A DNA stretch of 64,000 nucleotides, from assembly GCA_030704615.1 (NCBI GenBank), contig CM060734.1:52266001-52330000 (forward strand), read 5' to 3'. Source of the stretch: Takakia lepidozioides. Lineage: Eukaryota > Plantae > Bryophyta. The notes below the pieces were generated by a model. That model had not been told where the DNA came from. It was given only the letters and a program-made list of their open reading frames with translations, and ran no database searches. Positions 25,752 to 39,509 of the stretch are shown here, piece by piece (positions within the stretch are counted from its first letter, which is position 1; every line of letters starts with the position of its first letter). The translations under genes and the position numbers were made by a program.

Positions 25752-27354
25752 GGCAAGTAATAGAATCCGGGCCTGGTAAGCGTACGTGGCCCGCCGCCCA
25801 CCCGCAGCCGCGCCCCCCTAAGTCTGGCGCCTCAGATCCGCGCGGTCACCGCGTCGACGCCCATGTCGTGGTAGGCCCCACGCAGTCTAGACTCCGTTTT
25901 TCTGTATAACTAACATTAAATTCGAACTGCTTGTTATGTAGCAGCACACAACCCAGTGGTGCGATCGCCCCTACCTGAAAGCTAAGGTAGTGTCGAACTT
26001 GAACAGTTCTGCAATTGAGGCCTTTTGCGCTGCTACTTCAAAAAAATTCTAAGTCCTGAGTCCATGCCCATCTTCACGCATAGTCACACATTTATGGAAA
26101 TACATGAGAAATATAGGGTTGTGGGCCCAGTCTTGACATACTTTCAAATCTCATGTATTATGCAAATACATGAGAAATATATGGACATGCATGTTCCCGA
26201 TAAGCTCCCAATCTTTGTAATTTTGCTACTTCAAAAAAATTGTAAGTCCCTGCGAAAGTAGTTACATGGTGACTATACTTGGATGACCATCTTCGAAAAT
26301 AGTCATACAGGAGAAAATGAATGGTCAGGCATGAATACATTAGCTGTCTTCATGCACAAGTCTTCAATGGTATATATTATAATTATGTATGACAAGTATA
26401 TCATACTTCAAACCATGTATTTCCATGCAGTATCAATACATTATCTCTATGCATAAAAATAGTGAACTCACGTGTTCAATTTACAATGGATGAGAGGGTG
26501 ACTATGAATCTTCATATCTATACTAATATCATTCTTTTTATTTTCAATCGTTGCAAAGTCATACATGATTTGAATGGGTTCATATAACAATGAATGAGAT
26601 GATGAGTATGAATCTTAATATCTCTACTAATAGAATTCTTTAATTCTTATTACTTGAAAAATAAAATTGCATGTGTCATACATGGAATACATGACATCTG
26701 GTATTATTTTCACGCACAGTCACACATAAGAAATCAGTTGCATTGTCACACATACATACAGACATACGATGTGATGTGTGTCCATGCAAGACTTCTGTCC
26801 GAAGACAACTGATGTATTTCCATGCATGACCATTTATTTCTCATGTACGACTATGAGCATTTAAACTTGGAACTTTTTTGAAGTTGCAAAATCAAACAAA
26901 AACTCTAGTATTATCTGACATCATACACTAATTGGTACCCGAACCTGAGACCCAACATGCATGACCATGTATTTCTCATATATTTCCATACATGTATGAC
27001 TATGCGTGAAGATGGGCATCGACTCAGGACTTAGAATTATTTTGAAGTAGCAGCGCAGAAAGCCTCAAATGCAGAACTGTTCAGGTTCGACCCTGAGACC
27101 TAAGCTTTCAGGAAGGAGCGATCGCGCCATTGGACTGCGTGCTACTACATAACAAGCAGACCGAATTTAATGTTAGTTATATACAGAAAAAGGGAGTCTA
27201 GACTGCGTGGGGCCTACCACGACATGGGCGTCGACGAGGTGACCGCGCGGATCTGAGGCGCCAGACTAGGGGGGCGCGGCTGCGGGTGGGCGGCGGGCCA
27301 CGTACCATTACGGGGCGGGCGCATTCAACTCCCGGGCCTCTTCTATTACTTGCC
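25752..27354. mobile_element. Mutator-like (MULE) foldback element with very long TIRs
   Basis: Ends GGCAAGTAATAGAA / TTCTATTACTTGCC; arms match well for about 350 bp and loosely to about 600 bp; 9-bp TSD ATCAAAATT (25743-25751) vs ATCATAATT (27355-27363). Confidence 0.85.
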
Positions 27355-28128
27355 ATCATAATTGAAATACGTTTCCGCCTTGATGAGGTCGAAGGGATAG
27401 GCGATCCGACCGAAGTCCGAAGTCGGACCAAAATCTATTCATCTACTGTTTGTATTGCAATGATTTTCTCTCACCCAGGACGTGTTATGTCCACCTTCCA
27501 AACGGAAGGCTACAGCCTTTGGGGGAAAAGATACACCATAACTTCTGCTTAGTTCGACGAGAGTCTTCTTCATATTTCATAAATAAGTCGCTCACATATA
27601 ATTGCATGGTCATACACGCTTCATACTTAATATTTATCATACTTAGTGACTACTTTGGTACAAGAGTTGTAAAGTGTTCACGGAAGGTGAAGTGCACTTA
27701 GGTAACCAAATTTGAATTTTTCCTTTGTTTGTTGCGTTTTAACATAACGCTGTCTTTATCTAGAGACGTAGGCTTATTGCAAAGCTGAAGTAACTGATGG
27801 TTTTCATCTAGTCTTTCCGTTTGGAAGGTGGTTTTTGTAACGGTCCTAGGGCAACGAGGTTGCCCAACCGAAGCCTCTAGAAGACTCGAAGTCTTAGAGC
27901 TTGTTTCCATGTAGACCAGACCAGTCCAATGATGTCATCGTTACAGCGGGTTTGACCAGTTGTCTTGGGGTCAGACCGTCCTTGTAACCACCCAAGAGAA
28001 ACCCCTCATTATAGGTCGATGTAATCAAGGACGGAGAGAAAAGAAAAAAGGGTGTGAAGAAAGAGACATGCTCAATATGTCAACCCAAAAATTAACTCTT
28101 AGATAAAAGTCAAAGATGGGACCCATCT

Positions 28129-29349
28129 AGGGAATTCCAAAAAGGCCTTGATGTGAAATGCATTGCAATTCACTCGATCACCCCCCTAAAAGTGCGCAAT
28201 TCAATTGAATTGCTAAAACTAGCTTGAAAACAACCCTAATTCACAATTCAATTGAATTGTCGGCACACAATTCAATTGAATTGCGAGTTGACAATTCAAT
28301 TGAATTGTGAATTTGCAAATCAATTGAATTGCTGACTACAATTCAATTGAATTGCAATCTATAATTTTTAACTTATTTCTGTATATATTGTATATATATG
28401 TACATATTTAAATTATACATATACGCATACAAAAGTATAAGCTAAAAATACATGTTGCCCGTCTATTCTTGCTCTCCGTCTGTCAATCCTTTGCCCGTGG
28501 TAAGGCTTGAGCCCGAGATAAGCCTAAGGGAGAGCGAGAGAACGAGAGAGAGAGAAGAGATCACGAAGTACTTGGAAAAGCGGGATTGTCCCTCTTTGTG
28601 GATGTTGGTGCCAATATATGGCTATGTACATATACCAAACATGATACCAATGTAAGAGTATCAACGTGTAAGAGATTGATATATTAAACTTATATGGAAC
28701 ACACATCCCAACTTCAACACGATACCTTTGTAAGGGTATTGAAACAATATTATTTTTGATAATTCTCAAGATGAACATATCATTTGTTTTCTTTGTCCTG
28801 GATACTAGTGTTAGGGGACTACATGATGATGGAGGAGAAGCCTTTCATCAATTGTCAGGTTTGCTTTTGTCTGTTTCTTTGAGAGCCAGCCATGTTTCTT
28901 TTGCCAGTGAATCACATGAAGGTGCTGATCTCTCTCCCTCTTTGGCTCTTCCTTTCTCGCTGAGGCTGATGCTGGCTTCAAAACTCCACAATTTCTTCAA
29001 GGGCACAAGAAAGAGGGGCAGCAAGAATAGACGGGCAACATGTATTTTTAGCTTATACTCTTGTATGTGTATAGTATAATTTGAATATATACATATATAT
29101 ATATATATTATATATTATATACAGAAATAAATTAAAAATTATAGATTACAATTCAATTGAATTGTAGTCAGCAATTCAATTGAATTGCCAATTTGCAATT
29201 CAATTGGTTTGCAAATTCACAATTCAATTGAATTGCAAATTAGGGTTGTTTTCAAGCTAGCAGTGCAATTCAATTGAATTGTGCACTTTTAGGGGGGTGA
29301 TCAAGTGAATTGCAATGCATTTCACATCAAGGCCTTTTTGGAATTCCCT
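28129..29349. mobile_element. Long-TIR non-autonomous DNA transposon with perfect 8-bp TSD
   Basis: Arms of about 340 bp starting AGGGAATTCCAAAAAGGCCTTGATGTGAAATGC; ACCCATCT at 28121-28128 and 29350-29357; arms contain repeated CAATTCAATTGAATTG palindromes. Confidence 0.88.
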
Positions 29350-29375
29350 ACCCATCTCCTAACTTCTCTTCCCAC

Positions 29376-30411
29376 TTTGCATGGGGAGGCCCTAAATAGG
29401 GTTTGGGGGCTGGGGTAGGGGGCCTCAGGATATTTGTAATCTAGGATTAGCCTAAAGAGAGGCCTTGTCCCTACAAAACAGGGCACCTGGGCCACCTGCC
29501 ATTTCCTCGCCATGCCCCTTGATCGCCAAACCCACTCCTCGCCATGCATGCGTGCCCTGCCATGCTCCATGCGAGGCCCCATGCCGCATGCTCCATGGTC
29601 ATGTTTGTTATCCATAGATGATTTTAGCGGGATGAGTCTAAAATGGATGAGGTTAGGGATGCGGTTAGGGGTGGGTTTAGGCTCATTAGGGTCACGACTG
29701 TTTTAACATTGCTTATCTTGGCTCTCAAAGCAAACAGCGGGGTTCTATGGATTAGTGGACGCGATTATGAGTAGATTAGATTAGTGAGATGAGCTTGTGG
29801 ATCACTAAACACTTGATGTGGTGCAGGGCATTCAAGAGCTTCGAGGAAACCGCGGTCGAGGTTTCCCTGGCATATCACTTAGGTGATATAAGATATGTCT
29901 AGAGGAAATTGCGATCAAGGTTTCTTTGACATGATGGTATACCTTAATATGTCTGGAGGAAGCGCATTCAAGGTTTCCTTAGTTTGCAAAGAACTCACTA
30001 AGCCCCAAACAAACAAAACCCTCAAACAGCCGCCGCCCTAAAAGATCCTAACCTCATTCATCCTAAATTCATCCCTTAATTCATCCATGGATAACAAACA
30101 TGTTATGGAGCATGTAGCATGGGGCCTCGCATGGAGCATGGGGGAAGGCTCGTAGAGCAAGGTAGGGCGCATGCATGGTGAGGAGTATGGCAAGCAAGGG
30201 GGCATGGCGAGGAAAGGGCACGTGGGCGGATAGTGGGGCTTAAATGGCAGAAGGCTTTATTATAGCCATTAATGAGTGGCTTCATGTAGGGACAAGCCTC
30301 TCTTGAGGCTAATTCTAGGTTATGAATATCAAGAGGCGGGTAGGGGTTGCACATAGAACGGCCTCGCCCTAGATAGGGTTTGAGGGCTCGGGTAGGGCAA
30401 CTCCCTAGCAA
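29376..30411. mobile_element. Degenerate inverted-repeat element
   Basis: About 29420-29660 is the reverse complement of about 30045-30335 (e.g. CATGCTCCATGCGAGGCCCCATGC / GCATGGGGCCTCGCATGGAGCATG). Boundaries are approximate and no clear TSD was found. Confidence 0.6.
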
Positions 30412-30496
30412 TGTGGCATCTTGTAGTCATGACCAAGAGTAGGTTGCCAATACTGAAACGATTCTCCCCTTGCTGAACCTGATGCACTTCCACATG

Positions 30497-32090
30497 GACA
30501 GAGCAAGAAGAAATGTTATGACAGTAGTAGAAAGTTTCAGGATGCATGGGCTGCAAAGTTACCTTGGGCTGAAATGGTACTTGGATCTTGAGGGGTGTTG
30601 CATACAGTGAAGTGCAAGGTGTGCACTGAAGTAGATGGGAAGGACAAGTTGATAGCGGCAAAGTGGGACTCGCTCCAAAAACATGCTGGCAGAAGGAAGG
30701 TAGATAAGGCAATGGGTGGGGGTGTTAAGAAAGGTGACTTCTACGTCACTCGTGAATGCAGGCATGCAAAGAACATGGTCATATATGCCTCCCGCAGTAG
30801 AGAGACTGTCATCGATCAAATGATGGCGAATGGAGTGGCTGGTGAGATAAAAAATGAAGCTCATGCAATTTGCCACTGTTTTCCACATTCTTCAGCAAGG
30901 TAGACCCATGACTAAGTATGAATCTATGCGAGGTCTTTTTCAGTACTTGCATGCTCCTCGGAATCCAAAGAAACATTGGTCTGATAACTCTGGGTGGAGC
31001 ATGGCTGATCACATGCATGCTCAGGTGTTGCAAGCTACTAGGGAGGCTGTGTTGGCAGCTAATTATGTGGCTTTGACGTGTGATGAAGTAATTACTATCG
31101 ACAGACAATCTTGGTTGTCGGTTCACGCTTATGTAGTCCAAAATTGGGTAAGGATCCCTATTCTGATTTCACTTGAGCGCGTTACAGAAGGGGCAGGGTC
31201 TGACAACTTGACCAGAGTCATAATGGAAGCACTCATGATAGGAGGGGGCCTCCCATAGGAATCTATCCATTGCAAGCTGTTGAGTTTTGGTGCAGATGGT
31301 GTCAATGTCTTTCAGGGGACTCGGAATGAGGTCACTCGACAGATTCATGACAATTGGGCATCCCACTGCTTAGGGGTGCATTGCATGGCTCACTGCACCA
31401 ATTTGGCTGTGCAGACCCTCTCTGACCCGAGTATTGTGGGTAGACTAGAATATCTTCTTCAGGCTCTGTACACATACTTTGCTCACAGCCCTAAGAGGCA
31501 CTTGGAGTTCACAAAACTTGCTGAGATCATGGAAACAAAGGGGAACAAGATCCTTCGCAATGTGAAGACCCGCTGGATATCTATGCTAAGTCCAGCTAAA
31601 CGAGTCATGGCTGAATATCGAACTCTTTTGGTGAAAATGGCGATTGATAGTCCTACCAACCAGCAAGCCAAGGTTAACTATGAACACTTGTGTGACTTGC
31701 AGATCTTGCTTGGTTTGGCTTGCATTCTCCCTTTGTTGGAGTCAGTCCATGCTCTAATCAAATTTGCACAGATGATAGATGTTTTTGTGTGTGACTTTGG
31801 GGCTGCCATAAAGCTGTGTCAAGGGGATGACTATTCCATGTATTGTGACCAGACCTCAAGATTCGGATCTGATGTCTTTTGGGCATTCAAAATGTTGCTT
31901 GAGTGCAACCATGACTCTATTCACATGCGCTGGATAACTGACCTGAACACTGGAGTTGCGCACTTGGCCTTTGAGGTGAATGGACAACACATATGGGCCT
32001 TGCATCGTAACCTGTCAAGTGGTGTCTCTTCCTTTGTGACTGAAGATCTTTTCTCACAAGTCGTGGATTTGCTAAAGGAGGAGTGTGCAG
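30497..32090 (+). pseudogene. hAT transposase (ZNF862-like), disrupted and 3'-truncated
   Basis: Consecutive ORFs 30595-30903, 30854-31258 and 31280-32104 give VKCKVC, VALTCDEV, FGADG, GVHCMAHCTNLAV, YFAHSPKR and NVKTRWISML. Frameshift near 30855, in-frame TAG at 31256-31258, ends at a probable donor GCAG|GTATTT with no dimerisation domain. Confidence 0.88.
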
Positions 32091-32559
32091 GTATTTCCCT
32101 TTAATTCCTCATTTTATTCTGATCGAAAACTTGCGAGTTCTTGATTCTAATAGCACTAGAACATACTAGCTACAACAATTCAGCCCATGTGTGGGTTTGC
32201 TTGTTTTTTGCTGGGCCTTTTGAGGCATGGATTTTTTGACCTTGTGGCTTTTGAGGTGTCCATTGGGACATTGGTCTCATTTGGATTTTTGTAATGTGAT
32301 TTATAGGGCTTGTATTGCCCTGTAGTTGACTATTTTCATTCCCCTTGTGGTTGATAGTATGCAGGAGGGATCCATTATGTTTTCATGTTGGAATTTCACC
32401 ATGTAATGAAGAATTTAAATCATTTAATTCACTTTCATTTTAAATAATAATATTAAAAATAATACCATTTAAAAAAAAATTCCAAGGCTGCAATCTCCCT
32501 GTTCTTTTAAATATTAAATGAAAAATAAAATATAAAATATAAACATTAAAAATATAAAC

Positions 32560-33293
32560 TATTTCGGAAAACAATCTTGATGACACGTGGCATCACTCTT
32601 GCTCAAACCAGAACACGTGGCAGTATATGACACGACATTCTTTATCCATATTTTCACCACGTGTAAAGATTCGTAGTCATATATGCTAGTCATATATTTT
32701 GTCTGTGTGCCACATGTCACATCTCAAGTGCAACAGGTGTCTCGCTAACAACTCTCCATGTAGACATCCCTGTAGTCATACGAGCGAGTCATGTAGTCAC
32801 CACGTGTGAAATCTGCCATAGCACACGTGTCCCGCTAGCGCCTCTCCATGTAGGCATCACTGTGCAGACATGTAGTCATATGATCATGGCAAGAAGTCGT
32901 GACATGTCAAATTCGCAGTGGCGCACGTGTCCATCCGTCGTCTCTCCATGTAGGCATCACTTTGCAGACATATAGTCATATGATCCCCTGACGAATGCAT
33001 GACGTGTCGCTTGTGCAGTGGTGCACGTGTCCCGCTGAAGCCTCTCTATGTAGGCAGCGCTCAACAGACAATGTAGTCATATATTAGTCATATAGTTGTG
33101 ACTGCAACCCTCTCTACAGCAGGACTCCAAGTGCCACGCAAGCAGTCACGGATATGACTTGCAAAACGCAGTCCTAAAGACTAGTCGCTATGACAAGGCT
33201 TTTTTTCACTACAGAGTGATGTAGTCATGAACGCATATAAGACTGAAAAAATAGTCATATGTGAAGTCATAAAAACGCTCATCTGTTGTAGTG
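32560..33293 (+). mobile_element. CACTA (En/Spm) element terminus 1
   Basis: Ends ...CATCTGTTGTAGTG (reverse complement CACTACAACAG), preceded by many GTAGTCATAT and CACGTG subterminal repeats. Confidence 0.75.
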
Positions 33294-33339
33294 TGTCTTC
33301 CAACACCCAAAAAACAAACTAGGGAAAAACCCTAAATCA

Positions 33340-34600
33340 CCCCCAATTCACCCCCCAACCGCCCCTCCCCCACCACCCGGATTGCCACGACACGGCGTCG
33401 TTTGGACTAGCGCCCTTGCGACGGGTTTTTTTGGCTTGCCACGGGTGGGGGTTGCAACCAGCGATGGCCGGGCGTCACTAGCACCAACGTAGTAGCAACA
33501 CCTCCCCAGTGTTTTTTTTGTTAAAAAAACCACCCAGCCACCCCCGGGCATCGCAAGTATCCACGCCCAGGCGTTGCAGTGGGCGACTGTGTAGCTGCGA
33601 TGGGGTTTCCCCTTGCGACACCCGAGGGTGGCTGGCAGCGTCACCACCGCGTGGCTGCGCCTAACACCCCCCTCCGCCACGTGGTGTTTTTTTAGTATGC
33701 GACGCCCGGGCATGGAGAGAAAAAATTTGGTGCGACGCCAAGCGGTCACCCTAGCCAATGCCGTCGCCGAGAGGGTAGCGACTGCAAGGCGTTGGCTAGA
33801 AGGAGGCCCCTGCCAGCGCCCTGGATCGCCAAGATGCGACGTCGGGGCGTCACTGGAGGGGGCAGCGGCTTGCAACCCCCATCCGTCGTATTTATGCGAC
33901 GTTATAATAATGATGCCTTGGGGACGGTCTGCAACTCTCGCGTGTCGGAAAAAGCCCCCCCCCCCCCCCCAATTCACCCCCCAACCGCCCTCCCCCACCA
34001 CCCGGATTGCCACGACACGGCGTCGCTTGGACTAGCGCCCTTGCGACGGGTTTTTTTGGCTTGCCACGGGTGGGGGTTGCAACCAGCGATGGCCGGGCGT
34101 CACTAGCACCAACGTAGTAGCAACACCTCCCCAGTGTTTTTTTGTTAAAAAAAACCACCCAGCCACCCCCGGGCATCGCAAGTATCCACGCCCAGGCGTT
34201 GCAGTGGGCGACTGTGTAGCTGCGATGGGGTTTCCCCTTGCGACACCCGAGGGTGGCTGGCAGCGTCACCACCGCGTGGCTGCGCCTAACACCCCCCCTC
34301 CGCCACGTGGTGTTTTTTTAGTATGCGACGTCCGGGCATGGAGAGAAAAAAATGTGGTGCGACGCCAAGCGGTCACCCTAGCCAATGTCGTCGCCGAGAG
34401 GGTAGCGACTGCAAGGCGTTGGCTAGAAGGAGGCCCCTGCCAGCGCCCTGGATCGCCAAGATGCGACGTCGGGGCGTCACTGGAGGGGGGCAGCGGCTTG
34501 CAACCCCCATCCGTCGTATTTATGCGACGTTATAATAATGATGCCTTGGGGACGGTCTGCAACTCTCGCGTGTCGGAAAAGCCCAGCCCCCCCCCCCCCC
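33340..34600 (+). repeat. Near-identical tandem duplication, 2 copies of about 625 bp, poly-C at junctions
   Basis: AATTCACCCCCCAACCGCCC...GTGTCGGAAAAAGCCC starts at about 33345 and again at 33971. Confidence 0.92.
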
Positions 34601-34630
34601 CCCCCCCCCCCTTTTCCTTTTCCTGTAGTG
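33340..34630 (+). mobile_element. CACTA element terminus 2 with a tandemly duplicated GC-rich subterminal block
   Basis: Ends ...TTTTCCTTTTCCTGTAGTG at 34630 (reverse complement CACTACAGGAAAAGG), with GCGAC/GTCGC-rich subterminal motifs. Confidence 0.7.
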
Positions 34631-36956
34631 TATATTTTGCTCTTCCTAATATCCGGACGGATCATCCCAACCCTCCCTGTTTCATTCATCATTTCGTGCG
34701 TGCTATCGCCGCCTTCGTCTATTAACTTTGACCTTCCCCTCTCTCAGCAGCCGGCTAACATTTATGGTGAGACATGCAATCCCTGTCACTTCATTCAAAG
34801 TGGCGCCACCTTTGAGCGCTGGCTACATTCCAGCTCAAGCTAGACAAAGTCTCTCTCTCGTCTAGTTTATCGGGCTTCAGTCCTCCCTTTCCACTTGCCC
34901 ACAGCTCCTGTCTACGTGATCTAATTCCTGAATTTTGCTTCTAGTTTCTAGACAACGTGCATTTCTTCTTCACTATCAGCGATTTTCTTCTCCAGTTTTG
35001 TCTCGGGTCGGAGTTTGTTTTTTGCTGTTCCCTGCTAGTTCTACCCCCACCGGCGTCCCCTCTGGTGCTACTCGTTCTGACTCTAACTACATATGAGTGC
35101 TGAGTCTCTCTCCCTCTACCCCGGCCCTCTTGCCTTCTTTCCCATGGGTCCCAGCTACATGTCTCACCAGCGATCCAAGTCCCCAGCCTGGCCCCGTCGC
35201 CACCAAGGCCAGTAGAGCTCGCTGCATCCTGGTGGGTCCCCGCCATCCTCAAGCTTCGGCTTCTTCATGGCCCACCAGGCAAGATCCGCAGGAACTCGGC
35301 AAATTTACATACCAAAGCAGCTCCCTCACCCCATGGCTCCTCCCCCCCCGACGTCCTTCCCAAGGAGGTAGGGTCCTCATCCGTTCCGGTGCAGTTCCTC
35401 TCCGCGCCAGAGCAGGAGGAAGAGGAGTTCAGCCCTGACCACCTCGAAGAGCAAGTATCTATGAACAAGGATCTCCCCCTCATCAAGTTGGACATCCCGG
35501 ATCTGCACAGCAGAATCACAACTATGGAAGAATCTGGTATCTTGCTACATTTCCCTGGAAGGAAGGTGTCGCGTTCTTACGTAAGAGATTGGGCGACTCG
35601 CTACTTTGGGGGTCGGGGCATCACTTCTGCATAGCCAAAAGGGCAAGGTTTCTTTTCTATCATGTTTTGAATCTCTTGCAGCAGCAGCTAAGGCCCTGCA
35701 GTTCAACCCACATCAAAGGGGATTTAACGTGAATATTTTCCTGTGGTCCTCTAAGCTCGGAAACAAAAACGACAAGTTGTGGGGTCCTAGAATTGTTTCC
35801 ATTCCGTTTATCCCGGATCAGTTTCTAGTCAACTTGCCAGACATAGCCAATCATTTTGGCTCTTATCTGGGCTGCCTGGGTGTCTTTGATCTCCTCATAA
35901 ATACTGATACCCTTCGGAAAAACCCGGTGTGGAAATCTGCCACCATTGCTACCAAGATGAATGAAAACGGGTGCCCCAAAATGGTGCTCATGATGCCTTA
36001 TGAGGCGGTTCTGCTAGATTATGTGCATCTGCCAATTGACTTGGTAGGGAACTACTACACAATTAGGATGATAGAGGACGCCTCTTATTCAGCCTGCTTC
36101 GGCTGTGGCAAGCACGGTCACATCAAAATCAATTGCCCCCTTTCCAATTAAAAGAAAAGATCCCCTAGTGTTTTGCATAATGTCCACCCCTCCTCCCCCT
36201 CCCCCTGTCCCTCCATTTCCCTCCCTCTCAATTCTGTCTCCTCCCCTTTCTCTATCAGCAGATATGCTCCAGTTTAGCCCGGTTCACATTGCAAAAAAAC
36301 AAAAAGATCCTATGGACCCAATGCATCTAGAGGCCAACTTCTCAATGCCGGTCCCTAATTGTGTTGAGATGCCCCCCCCCCCCGCCCTGTCACTGTGCAA
36401 GCAACTTGCCATGAGAGTCCTTCTCCTCCGGTTCAAGACACTGTAGTGTGCGATCCCCCCAAGCAGCTGGTGCCTTCAGCAATCGCAGGTAACCACGTGG
36501 TGGCAGTAGTGCTAAAGTCAATTAAATCCTTTCCAGATGTGATACTGCCGGGTTGCTCTATCGTATCTACCAATGATGCCCCCAAAGCCTCTTGTGTCAC
36601 GCTAATTGTCTTCAAGATAGGTCCCCCGGCCTCAATCCTCATCACATCTGAAGACAGGCACGATCTGGAGTCCCTTTGGATAACCCATCAGGATGTATTG
36701 AGCTTTATTGAAAAGTGTCCCCCCAACAGCAGCCCGCAATGTATGCTTATGGCCAAAATCCAAGACTTCTTCTCCAATCACATGCGTGCTATCTTATTGC
36801 TCCCTCCTCAGTCATTACCTTGGGGGCGTACGTTGAAGAGCACCCGTATTTGAACTGCAAGCCAAACACTAATGTGTTGGCTCTGATGGAGGATGCGGAC
36901 ATCTATCACACTCCCCCTGGAAAGTCTTGGTGGATCAGGGAAGACTGTTTGAACAG

Positions 36957-38615
<1,659 letters not shown>

Positions 38616-39509
38616 TGAATAGAGCTAGAACTTTGAATCTCACAGTGCCACCTTCTTGGTAGGAGACAATAGGTTGCATGTTTATTGCTTGAGCTGAATG
38701 GGGAAAGCAGCCGGCGCACATCAGGGCAATGGATCTGTTTTCAAATGCTTTTTTCCTTCTTTCAAGGTTGATTGACTAGCGCATGGAGGAGGCTAACCAT
38801 AGGGATGACTTGCAAAGAACGAGGGATCACCTCAGGGGGATCCGTCCAAACCCCTCCGGATCCTCTTCCTCAAGTGGTTCAATTGGTGTGCAGCCCGTGG
38901 CTGATGATGGAGGTGGGGCTGCTCCCGGGAACAATCGGGCTCTGGCTCAACCCGACGACTTCCTCGTCTAGCCTGCATAGATTGCACAAAGCAGAGCCTC
39001 TCATCTGCCCTCCATCTAGGAGGTCCAATCAGCAATCAGCTCGTTTTCCATCCCAGCAACCACCCTGACCCCCCCTTCCCCTCCTGCTGCTCCTCTGGAA
39101 GTCAGCTCTCCACACACTGAGGTACTTGCCCAGTCCCTCCCTTGCTTTCTGTTCCAGCTTGACTCAAGGGATAGGAAACGTTGTTGGGTGCTTTGTTTGC
39201 GTCCTGATGCCTCTGCTAGGATATCAGCCAAGAAAACACAGCCGTCCATCAGTCTGCCACCAGAGACAGTCCTCTCGGACCTGCCTTTCCTCTCCATCCC
39301 CATCAAATCCAAACTCTTCCACTCTCTATTCCCCAGCCAACCCCTTCCCCTCTCCTAATGATTCAGATACAATGTCTTAGGCCCCTCTCCCCTCCCAGCC
39401 CCTACATCTGGGTGAACAGTCCTTCCCTTACGACAAAAGAGTCAAATTTAATTGTCTCTCCCCGGGGCCATCAAATGAGATTGACCATCTCGCCTTGCTT
39501 TTCATCCTC

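Noticed and set aside
28197-28355. CRISPR-like look of regularly spaced palindromes
   Set aside because: Spacers are only a few bp, the array is mirrored in the opposite TIR, there are no cas genes and the context is eukaryotic.
33348-34843. Long overlapping ORFs up to 221 aa
   Set aside because: By-products of a GC-rich duplicated CACTA subterminal repeat; no recognisable domain.
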